Below are positions 13,986 through 24,285 of a stretch of 64,000 bases of DNA, one piece after another. How positions within the stretch are numbered: position 1 is the stretch's first letter; each line of letters opens with the position of its first letter. The DNA comes from Nemertoderma westbladi (lineage: Eukaryota > Animalia > Xenacoelomorpha), in the NCBI GenBank assembly GCA_032718475.1, contig JAUCBJ010008622.1, positions 87,826 to 151,825 of the forward strand. The letters are read 5' to 3'. Position numbers and translations under genes: made by a program. The notes beneath the pieces were generated by a model. The model was not told where the DNA came from. It did no database searches and saw only the letters and a program-made list of their open reading frames with translations.

Positions 13986-14269
13986 CAAGTGTGTCAAAGG
14001 TTACAGAATTAAATAACGATTCCAAAACTGTTTCATTTTTGAAAATCTGATGAGCCGTTCATTTGATATGCCATGAGACGTAATGGTGTGAAATTTGAAT
14101 TTTGGTTTGAATTTTGCCCGGTTCTGGGGTGTAAATAGTCTCTGTTTCCCGTACTGAAGGGGTTAAGCAGGAATTGCACAAAGTAAGTACTGTATATTCT
14201 ACATAAATTATTAACATTGGGTTGCTTGTAGAATAGTCGTAGTCTGTCCTAGTGTCCAGAATAGCTCAA

Positions 14270-14835
14270 CTGTCCTCGTGTTCAGTCTCCTTATATTTTA
14301 TTCTTCTACATCTTTAATTTCGTCTGTTTCGATTGATTCACAACAATATATATATACATATAAGCAACTGGCTGCTCCTATAGGCGCACATAGAGCAAAA
14401 ACACCACCTTCACCAATTTTAATTGATGTTAACGACGTATTGACTAACAGGGGGTTGTTATTAATATATTAACTTAAAGGAAGAACAGGAGTCTTACACC
14501 CCCAATAATTTTATTACTTTATATAATTACTCTCTTATTACTTTTTATTACTTGTTATTTTATACCCCCATTTTATTGGGGGTGTAAGAGTCATGTTCTT
14601 CCTTTAAGTTAATACCTTCACCAATGGTATTCGTAGTGGTTAAATATTGACAGTCAACATTTGATAACCAATGAACGCTGGTTGCTATATGTAATTGCCA
14701 GTACTCCTGGCCCAATTAGGAAATACCTCTGAATTGATTGTCCATGGGATGGCAGCCACACCAAAACCAATATATGCCATGAACAAGGTGACAGCCGTTA
14801 CAAGCAAATAGGAGTATCCAAAATATGGGATGCGG
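14270..14835 (-). pseudogene. Sugar-porter (myo-inositol transporter/HMIT-like) C-terminal fragment
   Basis: GVAAIPWTINSEVFPNWARSTGN resembles the PW..NSE..P.W.RS.G motif; a frameshift follows, then IGEGGVFALCA...IYCCESIET (degenerate last helix/PET region). Confidence 0.7.
14478..14603. mobile_element. Small TTAA-flanked MITE with AGG...CCT ends (Kolobok/T2-like)
   Basis: TTAA-AGGAAGAACA..CTTACACCCCCAATAA and its inverted repeat followed by TTAA. Confidence 0.7.
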
Positions 14836-15058
14836 ATCAACGATTTCGAGATATAAAGGCAGAAAAGATAATAATACAAGAGAAAAGTATGGACGACGCC
14901 AAGTTAGCCTAGTACTAAACTGCTTTACTCGAGCGAGATCTCCTAATCGAGGAGGATAGGGAAAGAGGGATCGAGCGGGAGTATGAACCCAGCCCCATCC
15001 ACGAGTTGGAGAAAACCAATCCATTCAAGGAACCCGCTCCTCTCCAACCTATCCTTAA

Positions 15059-15430
15059 CCCTATTAAACCAGGGGGGGAGGGGGGGTATCAATATGACCC
15101 GCCCCGTGGTTTTTTTGGTTATAACTCTGAAACAAACGCAGTGGAGAATCTGAAATTTTGTGAATTTTCCTAAAAATCTATTGACTTCTTGATAGTTAAA
15201 ACGGTTTTCAAAATTATTAGAAAGTTTTCTAGTTATAGCACCATTTTTTAACCCTACTTTTGGTACTTTTTTGAGGCGTTTTTTGAAAATTACATTTCAT
15301 TAAATATGAATTGTAACATCTATATTTTGGATTTACATCGGTTTTTTGGTGTTTACAATTAGATGGAATCTAAATTAATTTAGAAATTTCAAACATTTTT
15401 TTTCGGCGTGTGCCAATTTTGGTGCCAGCA
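15059..15430 (+). mobile_element. CCCTATTA-family MITE, 5' fragment
   Basis: TTAA-CCCTATTAAACC-polyG-TCAATATGACCC start, as in the complete copies. Confidence 0.75.
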
Positions 15431-15560
15431 ATTAATTGAAGCAGTAGGCCTAGTCTCTGATTACAGCTGCGCTGGTAAATACAGCTGGTATATGTGTGTA
15501 AAATAATGTTGGTAGAATATTATTATAATTATTAGTTGAATAAGTACTATATATTCTTAC

Positions 15561-15722
15561 CTGTTGTTGTTGGAACTGTAGTTGGAGCTGTGGTTGTTGG
15601 AACTGTAGTTGGAGCTGTTGTTGTTGGAATTGTAGTTGGATCTGTGGTTGTAGGAACTGTTGTTGGAGCTGTGGTTGTAGGAACTGTTGTTGGAGCTGTG
15701 GTTGTAGGAACTGTTGTTGGAG
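15561..15722 (-). CDS. Host gene exon, mucin-like (APTTVPTTT)n
   Basis: 162 nt, acceptor tttcag, donor gtaag, phase 1-1, open frame, 27-nt repeat. Confidence 0.7.
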
Positions 15723-16054
15723 CTGAAACTGAAATATATAAAATATAAATAAAACATATTATTATTATTATTATTATGTTTAATTTCGTGCAAGAACATT
15801 AATGTAAACATTATGTAGCACCGCACAACTCTACTGTAGGCTACTACTGTATCTATAAACTAATATAAAGCAACTACAGTACCTAGCAGCTAGCACAATG
15901 TACTGTAAGAATGAGACGTTATTAATGGGCGCACCCAAAAAAAGAAAAGGAATGTAGAAACTATCGGCCATAAGTTAATAATGAAATACCAAAGTGTTCA
16001 TAAATTGTATAGATTGAAAAGAGAATAGAGTACAAATTACTAATTGGATATAGG

Positions 16055-18919
16055 TTAGTTTTCATAGACCCCTAAAACAATATTCCAGCGAGATCTAAGC
16101 GTAGACATACCAATAGAGTTACAGGTACGAAGTATAGGATTTGAAGATATTGAAACACGATGTAACAGTGAAAAAATAGCAGTACGACAAATTGATTTAA
16201 AAGTATTGATACGGTTCAAACAAAATAAAGTGTTGGCGTCTTCGGTACTACAATATGAAAATAATTGACGGAAAGCGTAATTGTAAGCTACCTTTAATCT
16301 ACGTAAGGATTCAACACGAAACACAGACCATAGAGAACAACAGTATAAGTTATAACAATAAGTTTTGAAAATAATGGATTTTATAGGTAAAGAGCATTTA
16401 TTAAACGTTCTGGCTAATTGATTACCACGACAATATAAGGTTGATTTCAAACGCTTAATGTCAGGTTCATCAGATAGGTTGCAACAGAGGGTATGCCCTA
16501 AGTAACAGTATTCTAGAACACAAGGGAGGATCATACCACAAAGGTATACGTCACCAGCTCGTCCAAATTGTGAAGGGATAAAATACATACACTTTGATTT
16601 AACGAAATTAAACATAACATCAAATTTAGCACCATAATCTTCACAAATTTTAAGTAAAGACCGTAAACCAAAAATACTGGGAGCCATTAAACTTAGATCA
16701 TCGGCATACAATAGATGGTTGATTACAATATTACCAACCTTACAACCTGCAGGACATTTGTTCAATAAAATACTTAAGTCATTCAAGTATATGTTAAATA
16801 GAAGAGGAGAAAGCAAACTACCCTGTCGTACACCATTACATACAGTGAAGGGTACGCTTGTTGCGCTGCCCCAACGTACCGCTAGCAATTGATTGGTATA
16901 CCAAAAATATAGTAAACGTATTACACCAAGGGGAACTTTAAGATAAATTAACTTTTTAAAAAGTTTTACATAATTAACACGGTCGAATGCCTTAGAAGCA
17001 TCCAAAAAAGCTGTAAAAGCAGGGGTGTCTCTAGATACAAAATAATGGACTGTCTCTTTAAATGCAAAAATACAGGTTTCAGTACCAAGACCGGGTTGAA
17101 ATCCAAACTGGTTCGGCGTGATATTCACACAATTCGTAATTAGCATAAGGAAGCAAAACTCTAACAACTTGGAACAAGCATTAGATGTGGCTATAGGTCT
17201 ATAATTTAACTGATCAGTAAGTTTATTGTTCTTATTTTTAACGATAGGCATTAAGTGACTGGTAATTAACGAGACTGGCAAAAACCCATGTGAAATAAAT
17301 GAATTGAATAGTAAACTAAGAACAACCGCCAATCGACACCCTGCATAATACCAGCACTCAGGCGCCAACTGGTCTGGCCCAGAAGCCTTACCAAGTTTAA
17401 GACTAGCTAAAGCCTCTTCCACATTCCTTGGGAAAATATGGATTCTATCAGATCCATCCCAAGTTTCAAACTTACTCTTTAAGAATGTAACGTCAGCCAA
17501 ATCAGGCTCTACACTATTATATGTAGATTCGTAGCCATTACTAAACAAATTGGCAATGTCCTCATCATTGTGGGCATTACCTATGATATTAGCACGTGGA
17601 ACTTTTGTGTTACAGTGTTTTTGGGCGCAGTGCCAAAAATCCTTGCTGGAAGACAGGAACGACTGAGCTAACTTGTCATTTCTTATTGTTGCTTCATTTT
17701 TTCTACAATTTTTCAGCGCCAGTTTATACTGCGCGCAACTTTTACGTTTTAATTCCCATAGAATTCCAGAGCGAGGTTTACCGTTATCCCTCCAGTGTTG
17801 AGAAGCTTCAATAGAGGCTTCGCGCTTCTCCTTAACGAAGTCGTTCCAGCCAGGAATATGGACCCGCTTGTTATTACTACAATTACCGGAAGAAGTTACT
17901 GGTATATGGATATCAGTGGCGGTGCTGAAAATATTACAGATTTCAGTGTAACAATTATCAAGCGCCCGTAAATGGACAACATTACTACAATGAACATCAC
18001 AGCAGATTATACTATCGAGAGGCAGAATCAAGTTGGAAAGATAGTCATTAACTTGATTTGTATAATTAAAAATGTTATTGGGCAATGCCTTGCTCCAATT
18101 AGGTACCGCAGTAAACTTGGGCTCACGATCAGCACAGCAGTGCTCCACTGAGCCCATGTTTATGTTGGTATCCATAGAAACCGGTATATGATCACTACCT
18201 ACCAAATTATATAAAAGCGAAATTTTAGATATAGAGGTATGAAAATCGTTACTAGAAATAATGTGATCAAGCCACGAGACAGAACCGTGGGCTGAACTAA
18301 TAAATGAGAAGGAATCAGTGGGTAATACAATTTTGTCTGAAAATGTAAGACCTGAAAAATTACAAAAACACTCCAGATTTTTACCAAAAGTATTAGCAGG
18401 GTTGGCGTTGAAATCGCCAATAATACAACTACGGCTACCGGGGTATTCGGTAACGATACCATGGCATTTACCCAGTAAAGAACTAAATAAATCACGATTA
18501 ATAGGTGAGTCACATGGAGCATATATGTTAATAAAAAGCACCAAATTACCATCCGAGGTAGCTACTGTGCAACCCAGGAGACGCTCATCGTCATATTGTA
18601 TACAAGTTACTAAGTGAGATATGGACTTTCTCCATAAGATAGCTAGACCCCCAAAGGGACGACCAGACCGGGGACCATCTGATAAGTCTACCGAGGAAAC
18701 CCCATACCCAAGAAATTCCGGATGTATAGAATTGAGTTTACTTAAGTCTTGCTTATAGAGCCACGTCTCTTGGAGAAATACAAGGTCATGTGAGTTACAT
18801 AGGTCGAGAATAACCACACCGTTGTTATTCAAACCCGAACAGTTATATGTACAAACTCTAAGTGGGGCCTGTATTGGATCCATTGCGATTTGCTGAGTCA
18901 CGACGAGGGCGCGAAACAA
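16055..18919 (-). CDS. LINE ORF2: AP endonuclease + reverse transcriptase
   Basis: LQET, GDFN, WLDH, SDH (endonuclease); FLDASKAFD, GVRQG, YADD (RT); 954 aa uninterrupted. Confidence 0.95.
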   Translation of the reverse strand: MFRALVVTQQIAMDPIQAPLRVCTYNCSGLNNNGVVILDLCNSHDLVFLQETWLYKQDLSKLNSIHPEFLGYGVSSVDLSDGPRSGRPFGGLAILWRKSISHLVTCIQYDDERLLGCTVATSDGNLVLFINIYAPCDSPINRDLFSSLLGKCHGIVTEYPGSRSCIIGDFNANPANTFGKNLECFCNFSGLTFSDKIVLPTDSFSFISSAHGSVSWLDHIISSNDFHTSISKISLLYNLVGSDHIPVSMDTNINMGSVEHCCADREPKFTAVPNWSKALPNNIFNYTNQVNDYLSNLILPLDSIICCDVHCSNVVHLRALDNCYTEICNIFSTATDIHIPVTSSGNCSNNKRVHIPGWNDFVKEKREASIEASQHWRDNGKPRSGILWELKRKSCAQYKLALKNCRKNEATIRNDKLAQSFLSSSKDFWHCAQKHCNTKVPRANIIGNAHNDEDIANLFSNGYESTYNSVEPDLADVTFLKSKFETWDGSDRIHIFPRNVEEALASLKLGKASGPDQLAPECWYYAGCRLAVVLSLLFNSFISHGFLPVSLITSHLMPIVKNKNNKLTDQLNYRPIATSNACSKLLEFCFLMLITNCVNITPNQFGFQPGLGTETCIFAFKETVHYFVSRDTPAFTAFLDASKAFDRVNYVKLFKKLIYLKVPLGVIRLLYFWYTNQLLAVRWGSATSVPFTVCNGVRQGSLLSPLLFNIYLNDLSILLNKCPAGCKVGNIVINHLLYADDLSLMAPSIFGLRSLLKICEDYGAKFDVMFNFVKSKCMYFIPSQFGRAGDVYLCGMILPCVLEYCYLGHTLCCNLSDEPDIKRLKSTLYCRGNQLARTFNKCSLPIKSIIFKTYCYNLYCCSLWSVFRVESLRRLKVAYNYAFRQLFSYCSTEDANTLFCLNRINTFKSICRTAIFSLLHRVSISSNPILRTCNSIGMSTLRSRWNIVLGVYEN

Positions 18920-20090
18920 AGTACTTCTTTACTAACACCCCTTCCGGCCATGACTCGCATTCGAGAAGTTTATTAGAATCCGCCTGGTTAGCGCAACTTA
19001 CAATGAAAGAGTTGTAAGAATTGTCATTCTTGTCAGGGTTCTCCGTAACGAGAGCGACTATATCATGGTTATCTTTAATGAAAGCGACAATCTCTTCTGA
19101 GGTTACTGTGGAGTCCAGTCTTGATATGAAAACCCGATTGTTAGAGGAAGATGGCTTCTTGGCCACCTGGAGGGCGGTAAAGTTGCCAGTACCAACTCTG
19201 GCTGGTGGCCGATTTCTCTCTTTCCGGTTACGAACGAGAGTAAACCCGTCGGGTACCTGAATGTCAGGTGGACCACCACGCCCGGTAACAGAACCGCTTG
19301 GTGGAGGAACGGTAGACATAGACGGGGGTTGTTGTAAAACGACATTAGAATACAATGGTGCTGGCGGAGCCGTTACAATGCTCGAAGATTCAGTAGGAAA
19401 AGGAGGAGATGCAGGAGATCTGTTCGCAGTCGCTCCATAAGTAGAAGTATTCATGGAAATAATACTTCCTGCAACATTGCAGAATCGAGAAGTGTCGCCA
19501 GTTGCACCGGCAACAGACAAAGCATTAACGGTAGCCAAGGCACACTTCATCGCTGTTTTCACTTCGACTAATTCAGCACGGGTCACAGTGTTCTTAAGAG
19601 CTTCAACATGACCAGACACCGTTTGATGTAGGTCGTTTACAAGGCTGTTGAGGTTCCTGAGTTCCTCCGCCTGGACCATGTCGTGAATGGAACGTTTATC
19701 TGAAGACGGAAGTCTTGAGGGATCAAGCGCAAAGAAGGTTGGTCGAGAGTCGGAGTCGACGAAGGCACTCTCTTGGAAAACGGCGTAGATATCACAAGCA
19801 TGAGCCTGGGATTTCTTTTTACCGATGCGTCCGATCCAGGCAGGTAGAGGACGGTCAGGAACTGCGCAACTCACAGCCTCTGAGTAGAGTAGTTGCTTCG
19901 CCGCCAGAATTTCCTCTCCAGAGTAAAAGTGGCAAATAACGGAAATCAAAGAAGATTTATTCAACCTTGACATTTCATACTGAATGAAACAAAGTAGCTC
20001 GTTGCGGATCAGTTGCGAGCGACCGGAACCAATCGACCGGAAGCAAAGAAGCGTCACCAAGGGGGGTAACATCGTTATCGTTAATGCCAT
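18858..20090 (-). CDS. LINE ORF1
   Basis: NELLCF..FYS.EEI..AK.LL N-terminal motif, coiled region, RRM-like C-terminus (VFISRL...YNSF...WPEGV); overlaps the ORF2 start. Confidence 0.8.
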   Translation of the reverse strand: MALTITMLPPLVTLLCFRSIGSGRSQLIRNELLCFIQYEMSRLNKSSLISVICHFYSGEEILAAKQLLYSEAVSCAVPDRPLPAWIGRIGKKKSQAHACDIYAVFQESAFVDSDSRPTFFALDPSRLPSSDKRSIHDMVQAEELRNLNSLVNDLHQTVSGHVEALKNTVTRAELVEVKTAMKCALATVNALSVAGATGDTSRFCNVAGSIISMNTSTYGATANRSPASPPFPTESSSIVTAPPAPLYSNVVLQQPPSMSTVPPPSGSVTGRGGPPDIQVPDGFTLVRNRKERNRPPARVGTGNFTALQVAKKPSSSNNRVFISRLDSTVTSEEIVAFIKDNHDIVALVTENPDKNDNSYNSFIVSCANQADSNKLLECESWPEGVLVKKYFVSRPRRDSANRNGSNTGPT

Positions 20091-21029
20091 CAGTTAGTAG
20101 AGAGTTGAAGTCGTCGTCATCAGAGTGATTAGTGTCTATACCTTCCAGATGACCCTGGGGTGTCAAAGAAGAACCACGTTTAATTCTACAACTTTCACAG
20201 AGAAGTCGGTTGAGAAACATAGACAGGATAACACGACCTTGTGGCCCAGAGGGAGTCTCTGCAACATTGCAGTCGATACAGCGCCGTGCCATTGCAGGCA
20301 ATAAGAAGCCCAAACGAGCTCGAAACGGATTATGGGTATTGGTACAGCAAAAAAAAGATTGATGTATGGCAGTACAGCAGTAGGCCTACTGCAGTACTGC
20401 TGGCACTATTTTAGTCCTATTACCTGAATGCATTATTAGAACAGAATTGTAATATTATTCGTTATAGTAGTAATTAGGTTATATATAAAGTAAATTGTAA
20501 ATGTATTACCACTCTCAGTTAAACCCACCAGCTGGAGAAGAATGTGCGAATGCAAACTCCAGGAATCGCTTTTGTAGAGTCGCCAAGCGGAAGGATAAGT
20601 TAGAATGGGTAATTAACTCGCCCTTCTTCGACCCAGGCAGCCCAGTAAATGTCCCATTCTCTCGCACCGAAGTTGAGCTTTGTATAAATAAACTGTTCGC
20701 GTTATTTTCAAATTTTGGTGGCGGGCATATATAAAAATAAACTTTAATGAACGATTATTCCCAAAAGTCCTGGACACCGTGTGAAAAACCCGGAACGATA
20801 AACCGACCTGGTAGCTAAGTGGCATTAAAACTAGCACTGAGTATTTTATTGGGCCGTTTCGACTGAGACATACATGTAAAATTGTAAAGCTTCCATGTGA
20901 CCCATTTATTTATTATATTAAGCAGGAATTGCACAAAGTAAGTACTGTATATTCTACATAAATTATTAACATTGGGTTGCTAGCAGAATAGTCGTAGTCT
21001 GTCCTCCTAGTGTCCAGAATATCTCAACT

Positions 21030-21595
21030 GTCCTCGTGTTCAGTCTCCTTATATTTTATTCTTCTACATCTTTAATTTCGTCTGTTTCGATTGATTCACA
21101 ACAATATATATATACATATAAGCAACTGGCTGCTCCTATAGGCGCACATAGAGCAAAAACACCACCTTCACCAATGATAATTGATGTTAACGACGTATTG
21201 ACTAACAGGGGGTTGTTATTAATATATTAACTTTAAAGGAAGAACAGGAGTCTTACACCCCCAATAATTTTATTACTTTTATGTAATTACTCTCTTATTA
21301 CTTTTTATTTTATACCCCCATTTTATTGGGGGTGTAAGAGTCATGTTCTTCCTTTAAGTTAATACCTTCCTTCACCAATGGTATTCGTAGTGGTTATTGA
21401 CAGTCAACATTTGATAACCAATGAACACTGGTTGCTATATGTAATTGCCAGTACTCCTGGCCCAATTAGGAAATACCTCTGAATTGATTATCCATGGGAT
21501 GGCAGCCACACCAAAACCAATATATGCCATGAACTGAACAAGGTGACAGCCGTTACAAGCAAATAGGAGTATCCAAATTATGGGATGCGTATCAA
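21030..21595 (-). pseudogene. Second copy of the sugar-porter fragment
   Basis: Same motifs within duplication copy B, with an extra frameshift. Confidence 0.65.
21237..21353. mobile_element. Duplicate of the small Kolobok/T2-like MITE
   Basis: Same TIRs and TTAA flanks as 14478-14603. Confidence 0.7.
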
Positions 21596-21813
21596 CGATT
21601 TCGAGATATAAAGGCAGAAAAGATAATGATACAAGAGAAAAGTATGGACGACGCCAAGTTAGCCTAGTACTAAACTGCTTTACTCGAGCGAGATCTCCTA
21701 ATCGAGGAGGATAGGGAAAGAGGGATCGAGCGGGAGTATGAACCCAGCCCCATCCACGAGTTGGAGAAAACCAATCCATTCAAGGAACCCGCTCCTCTCC
21801 AACCCATCCTTAA

Positions 21814-23258
21814 CCCTATTAAACCAGGGGGGGGGGGGGGTATCAATATGACCCGCCCCGTGGTTTTTTTTGTTATAACTCTGAAACAAACGCAGTGGAG
21901 AATCTGAAATTTTGTGACTTTTCCTAAAAATCTATTGACTTCTTGATAGTGAAAACGGTTTTCAAAATTATTAGGAAGTTTTCTAGTTATAGCACCATTT
22001 CTTAACCCTACTTTTGGTACTTTTTTGAGGCGTTTTTTGAAAATTACATTTCATGAAATATGATTTGTAACATCTCTATTTTTTATTTACACCAGTTTTT
22101 TGGTGTTTACAAGTAGATGGAATCTAAATTAATTTAGAAATTTCAAACTTTTTTCGGCGTGTGCCAATTTTGGTGCCAGCACCAAATTTTGAAATTTATG
22201 ACAAATTTGTAAATTGATTGTTTGAACCTGTTTTTTGCGCATTTGGAGTTTTTTGGGGTGCTGATTTCGATGGAATATATACGAGTTGCACCAAGAGTAT
22301 GAAACTTGTATTTTTCGGCGCGGTCTGCAAAATTTGGTGCCAGCACGAAATTTTGAAAATTCATTCAATAGTTAAATTGCTTGTGACAACTTGTTTCTCG
22401 CGTTTTAGAGGTTTATGGCGGTTCTGAATTCAATGAAATAAATAAATATCTATCTAGACATCTGAAACTTGTATTTTTCGGAAGTGGGTGCAATATTTGG
22501 TGCTAGCACCAAATTTTGAAAACCACCAAATATATCAATTAATTGTTTTAAATTGTTTCTTGCGTTATACGGGTTTGTAAGGGTTGCGGTTCTGAATTCA
22601 ATGGAATATGTAAACATTGCATAGGAGTGTTCAAACTTAAATTTTTCGCCGGTAGGTGTAAATTGTTGTGCCAGCACCAAATTTTGGAAAATAAGCAAAT
22701 TGATCATTAGATAGTATCATCTTGTTCCTTGCGGTATACGGGTTTATGAGGGTCCGGAATCCGATGGAATCAGCAAAAACCGCACTAGACATTTCAAACT
22801 TGTAGATTTTGGTGATGGGTACGAAATTTGGTGCTATCACCAAAATTTGCCATATTACGTCGAAAAAAACAATTAGCAATGATCTGGCAAATTAGAAATG
22901 TATTCCATTAGAATCAGGGTCCCAGAAAACCTAAAATTGTGAATTTATAGCATCGTATAAGTGAATTACAAATTTTGTGTTCAAACTGAAAAGTGCTAAA
23001 ACAGCCATTTATAGTAATTAGATCATTTTAAACACATTCCAATGGATTTTGCGCCAGAGAAAACCTAGTATTTAAAAAACAATTAGCCGAAAATTATAAC
23101 TTTCAAATATTATGAAAATTGTTCACTACTTGTAATTTTGGTGAAGCAACCACCCAGTACATTTTTTCGAAATGTATTTTTCGGTCGAATTCGCACTGTT
23201 AATGAGATTGACATACTAACAAAAAACGTTTTCGTTGAAATTTGTAGATTCTAGAGGG
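21814..23258 (+). mobile_element. CCCTATTA-family MITE lacking its 3' TIR
   Basis: Homologous to 45946-47501, with internal GGTGCTAGCACC/AAATTT repeats. Confidence 0.75.
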
Positions 23259-24179
23259 TAGTGGTGTTCTCTGTCTCCGAGCTCGTTAATGTTCATTATT
23301 TGCGTACATTTTTCCGCTGAATAAATCCGGGAGATCTCACCAAATATAATCTCGGATAGGTCTAATTAAGGACAATACTGTTGTATTGAAGACAACAGTC
23401 AAAAAGATCTACCAACAGTCAGAAAAACTCGCTAACAGTTAGATAATTGTCCCAGATAGTCTACCAACAGTCATGGGCTTCAAAAAATTCCGATTATCTA
23501 AATGGGGTTCTTTAAATTCGAAATAATCAAAATCATATCAGCTGATATCAGTAACTAAGGAAATTACATCATTCTGTACTGTACCATACAGCAGTAGGCA
23601 TATGGTTTATGGAACCGAAACAGTTGTTATCACAGTAGGCTATTATTACCAGCATGGTATCCGGGAACGGCGAGAGGTCGACGTTGGACTTGTTCAGTAG
23701 TTTAGTTTGTGGTACCAACACAAGTCAAAGTACTGAGGATTAAATTGCGAAGGACTGTTATTTGGTGTTGATGTAACAGACGAGTCTTCTTAATAATATG
23801 GCCGCGACTATACCGGTGGCGGCCATCAGTACCAGTACAGCGGTAGGATAGAAGAAAGGGGATCTGTACCCTCAGCCAGTAACGGACAAAGTACTTTCGA
23901 TTATTGATAGTAACAATGTGTTGGCAAGCTGTATTTTTCGAGGTGTGATGGGATGTGATGGGATTAGTCCTACAATTGCGCCAATAAAAGATAAGTTATT
24001 TTCGGTAAAATAAACTTATCATTCGAGGTAAAGACCCCTAGATCCCTTCCTATAATAAATGTATAATAACAAACACCTCGAAAAATACAGCTTGCCAACA
24101 CATTGTTACTATCAATAATCAAAAACTCAGGGGCTAATAAAATGGCAGCTGGCTTTGAAATTAATACTCCATATCTCAA

Positions 24180-24248
24180 GAACCTGTGGCCTAGTGGTTG
24201 TAGTCTCGGCTTCCACCTCGAGGTCCCAGGTTCGAATCCGACACCACG
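24180..24248 (+). promoter_or_regulatory. tRNA-derived Pol III promoter (first of 9 copies, +412 bp each)
   Basis: A box TGGCCTAGTGG at 24187-24197 and B box GGTTCGAATCC at 24229-24239; no intact cloverleaf. Confidence 0.8.
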
Positions 24249-24285
24249 CTGATGAGACCCAGTAAGGTCGAAACGCGTACGTGGT
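24243..24285 (+). ncRNA. Minimal type I hammerhead ribozyme (copies at 24243, 24655, 25067, 25479, 25891, 26303, 26715, 27127, 27539)
   Basis: ACCACG-CTGATGA-GACC-CAGTAA-GGTC-GAAAC-GC-GTA-CGTGGT: full catalytic core, 6-bp stem I, 4-bp stem II, palindromic ACGCGT stem III; predicted cut after 24279. Confidence 0.92.

Larger units (their letters stand above)
1..14162 (+). mobile_element. piggyBac DNA transposon (left end outside window), interrupted by an LTR element
   Basis: Transposase motifs in 12..629 and 12819..13265; right end ...CTGAAGGGG followed by TTAA at 14163-14166; subterminal tandem repeats. Confidence 0.85.
14163..15430 (+). repeat. Local duplication, copy A (about 1.27 kb)
   Basis: Near-identical to 20918-22180 (offset 6755 bp). 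Confidence 0.9.
15758..20330 (-). mobile_element. Near full-length non-LTR retrotransposon (APE-RT; Proto2/RTEX-like, clade uncertain)
   Basis: ORF1 plus ORF2; ATTAAA and a (TAA)n tail near 15760-15785; 5' boundary approximate. Confidence 0.85.
20918..22180 (+). repeat. Local duplication, copy B
   Basis: Near-identical to 14163-15430. Confidence 0.9.

Noticed and set aside
14047-14080. Other CTGATGA occurrences (here, and near 57548, 60218 and 60484) as hammerheads
   Set aside because: No stem II plus GAAA plus cleavage-triplet arrangement follows.
22129-22879. QNLVLAP-repeat ORFs (also near 46542, 58555 and 61113)
   Set aside because: Translations of internal palindromic repeats of the MITE.
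24180-24250. Functional tRNA gene array
   Set aside because: A and B boxes are present, but acceptor and anticodon stems are not intact; a tRNA-derived head fits better.
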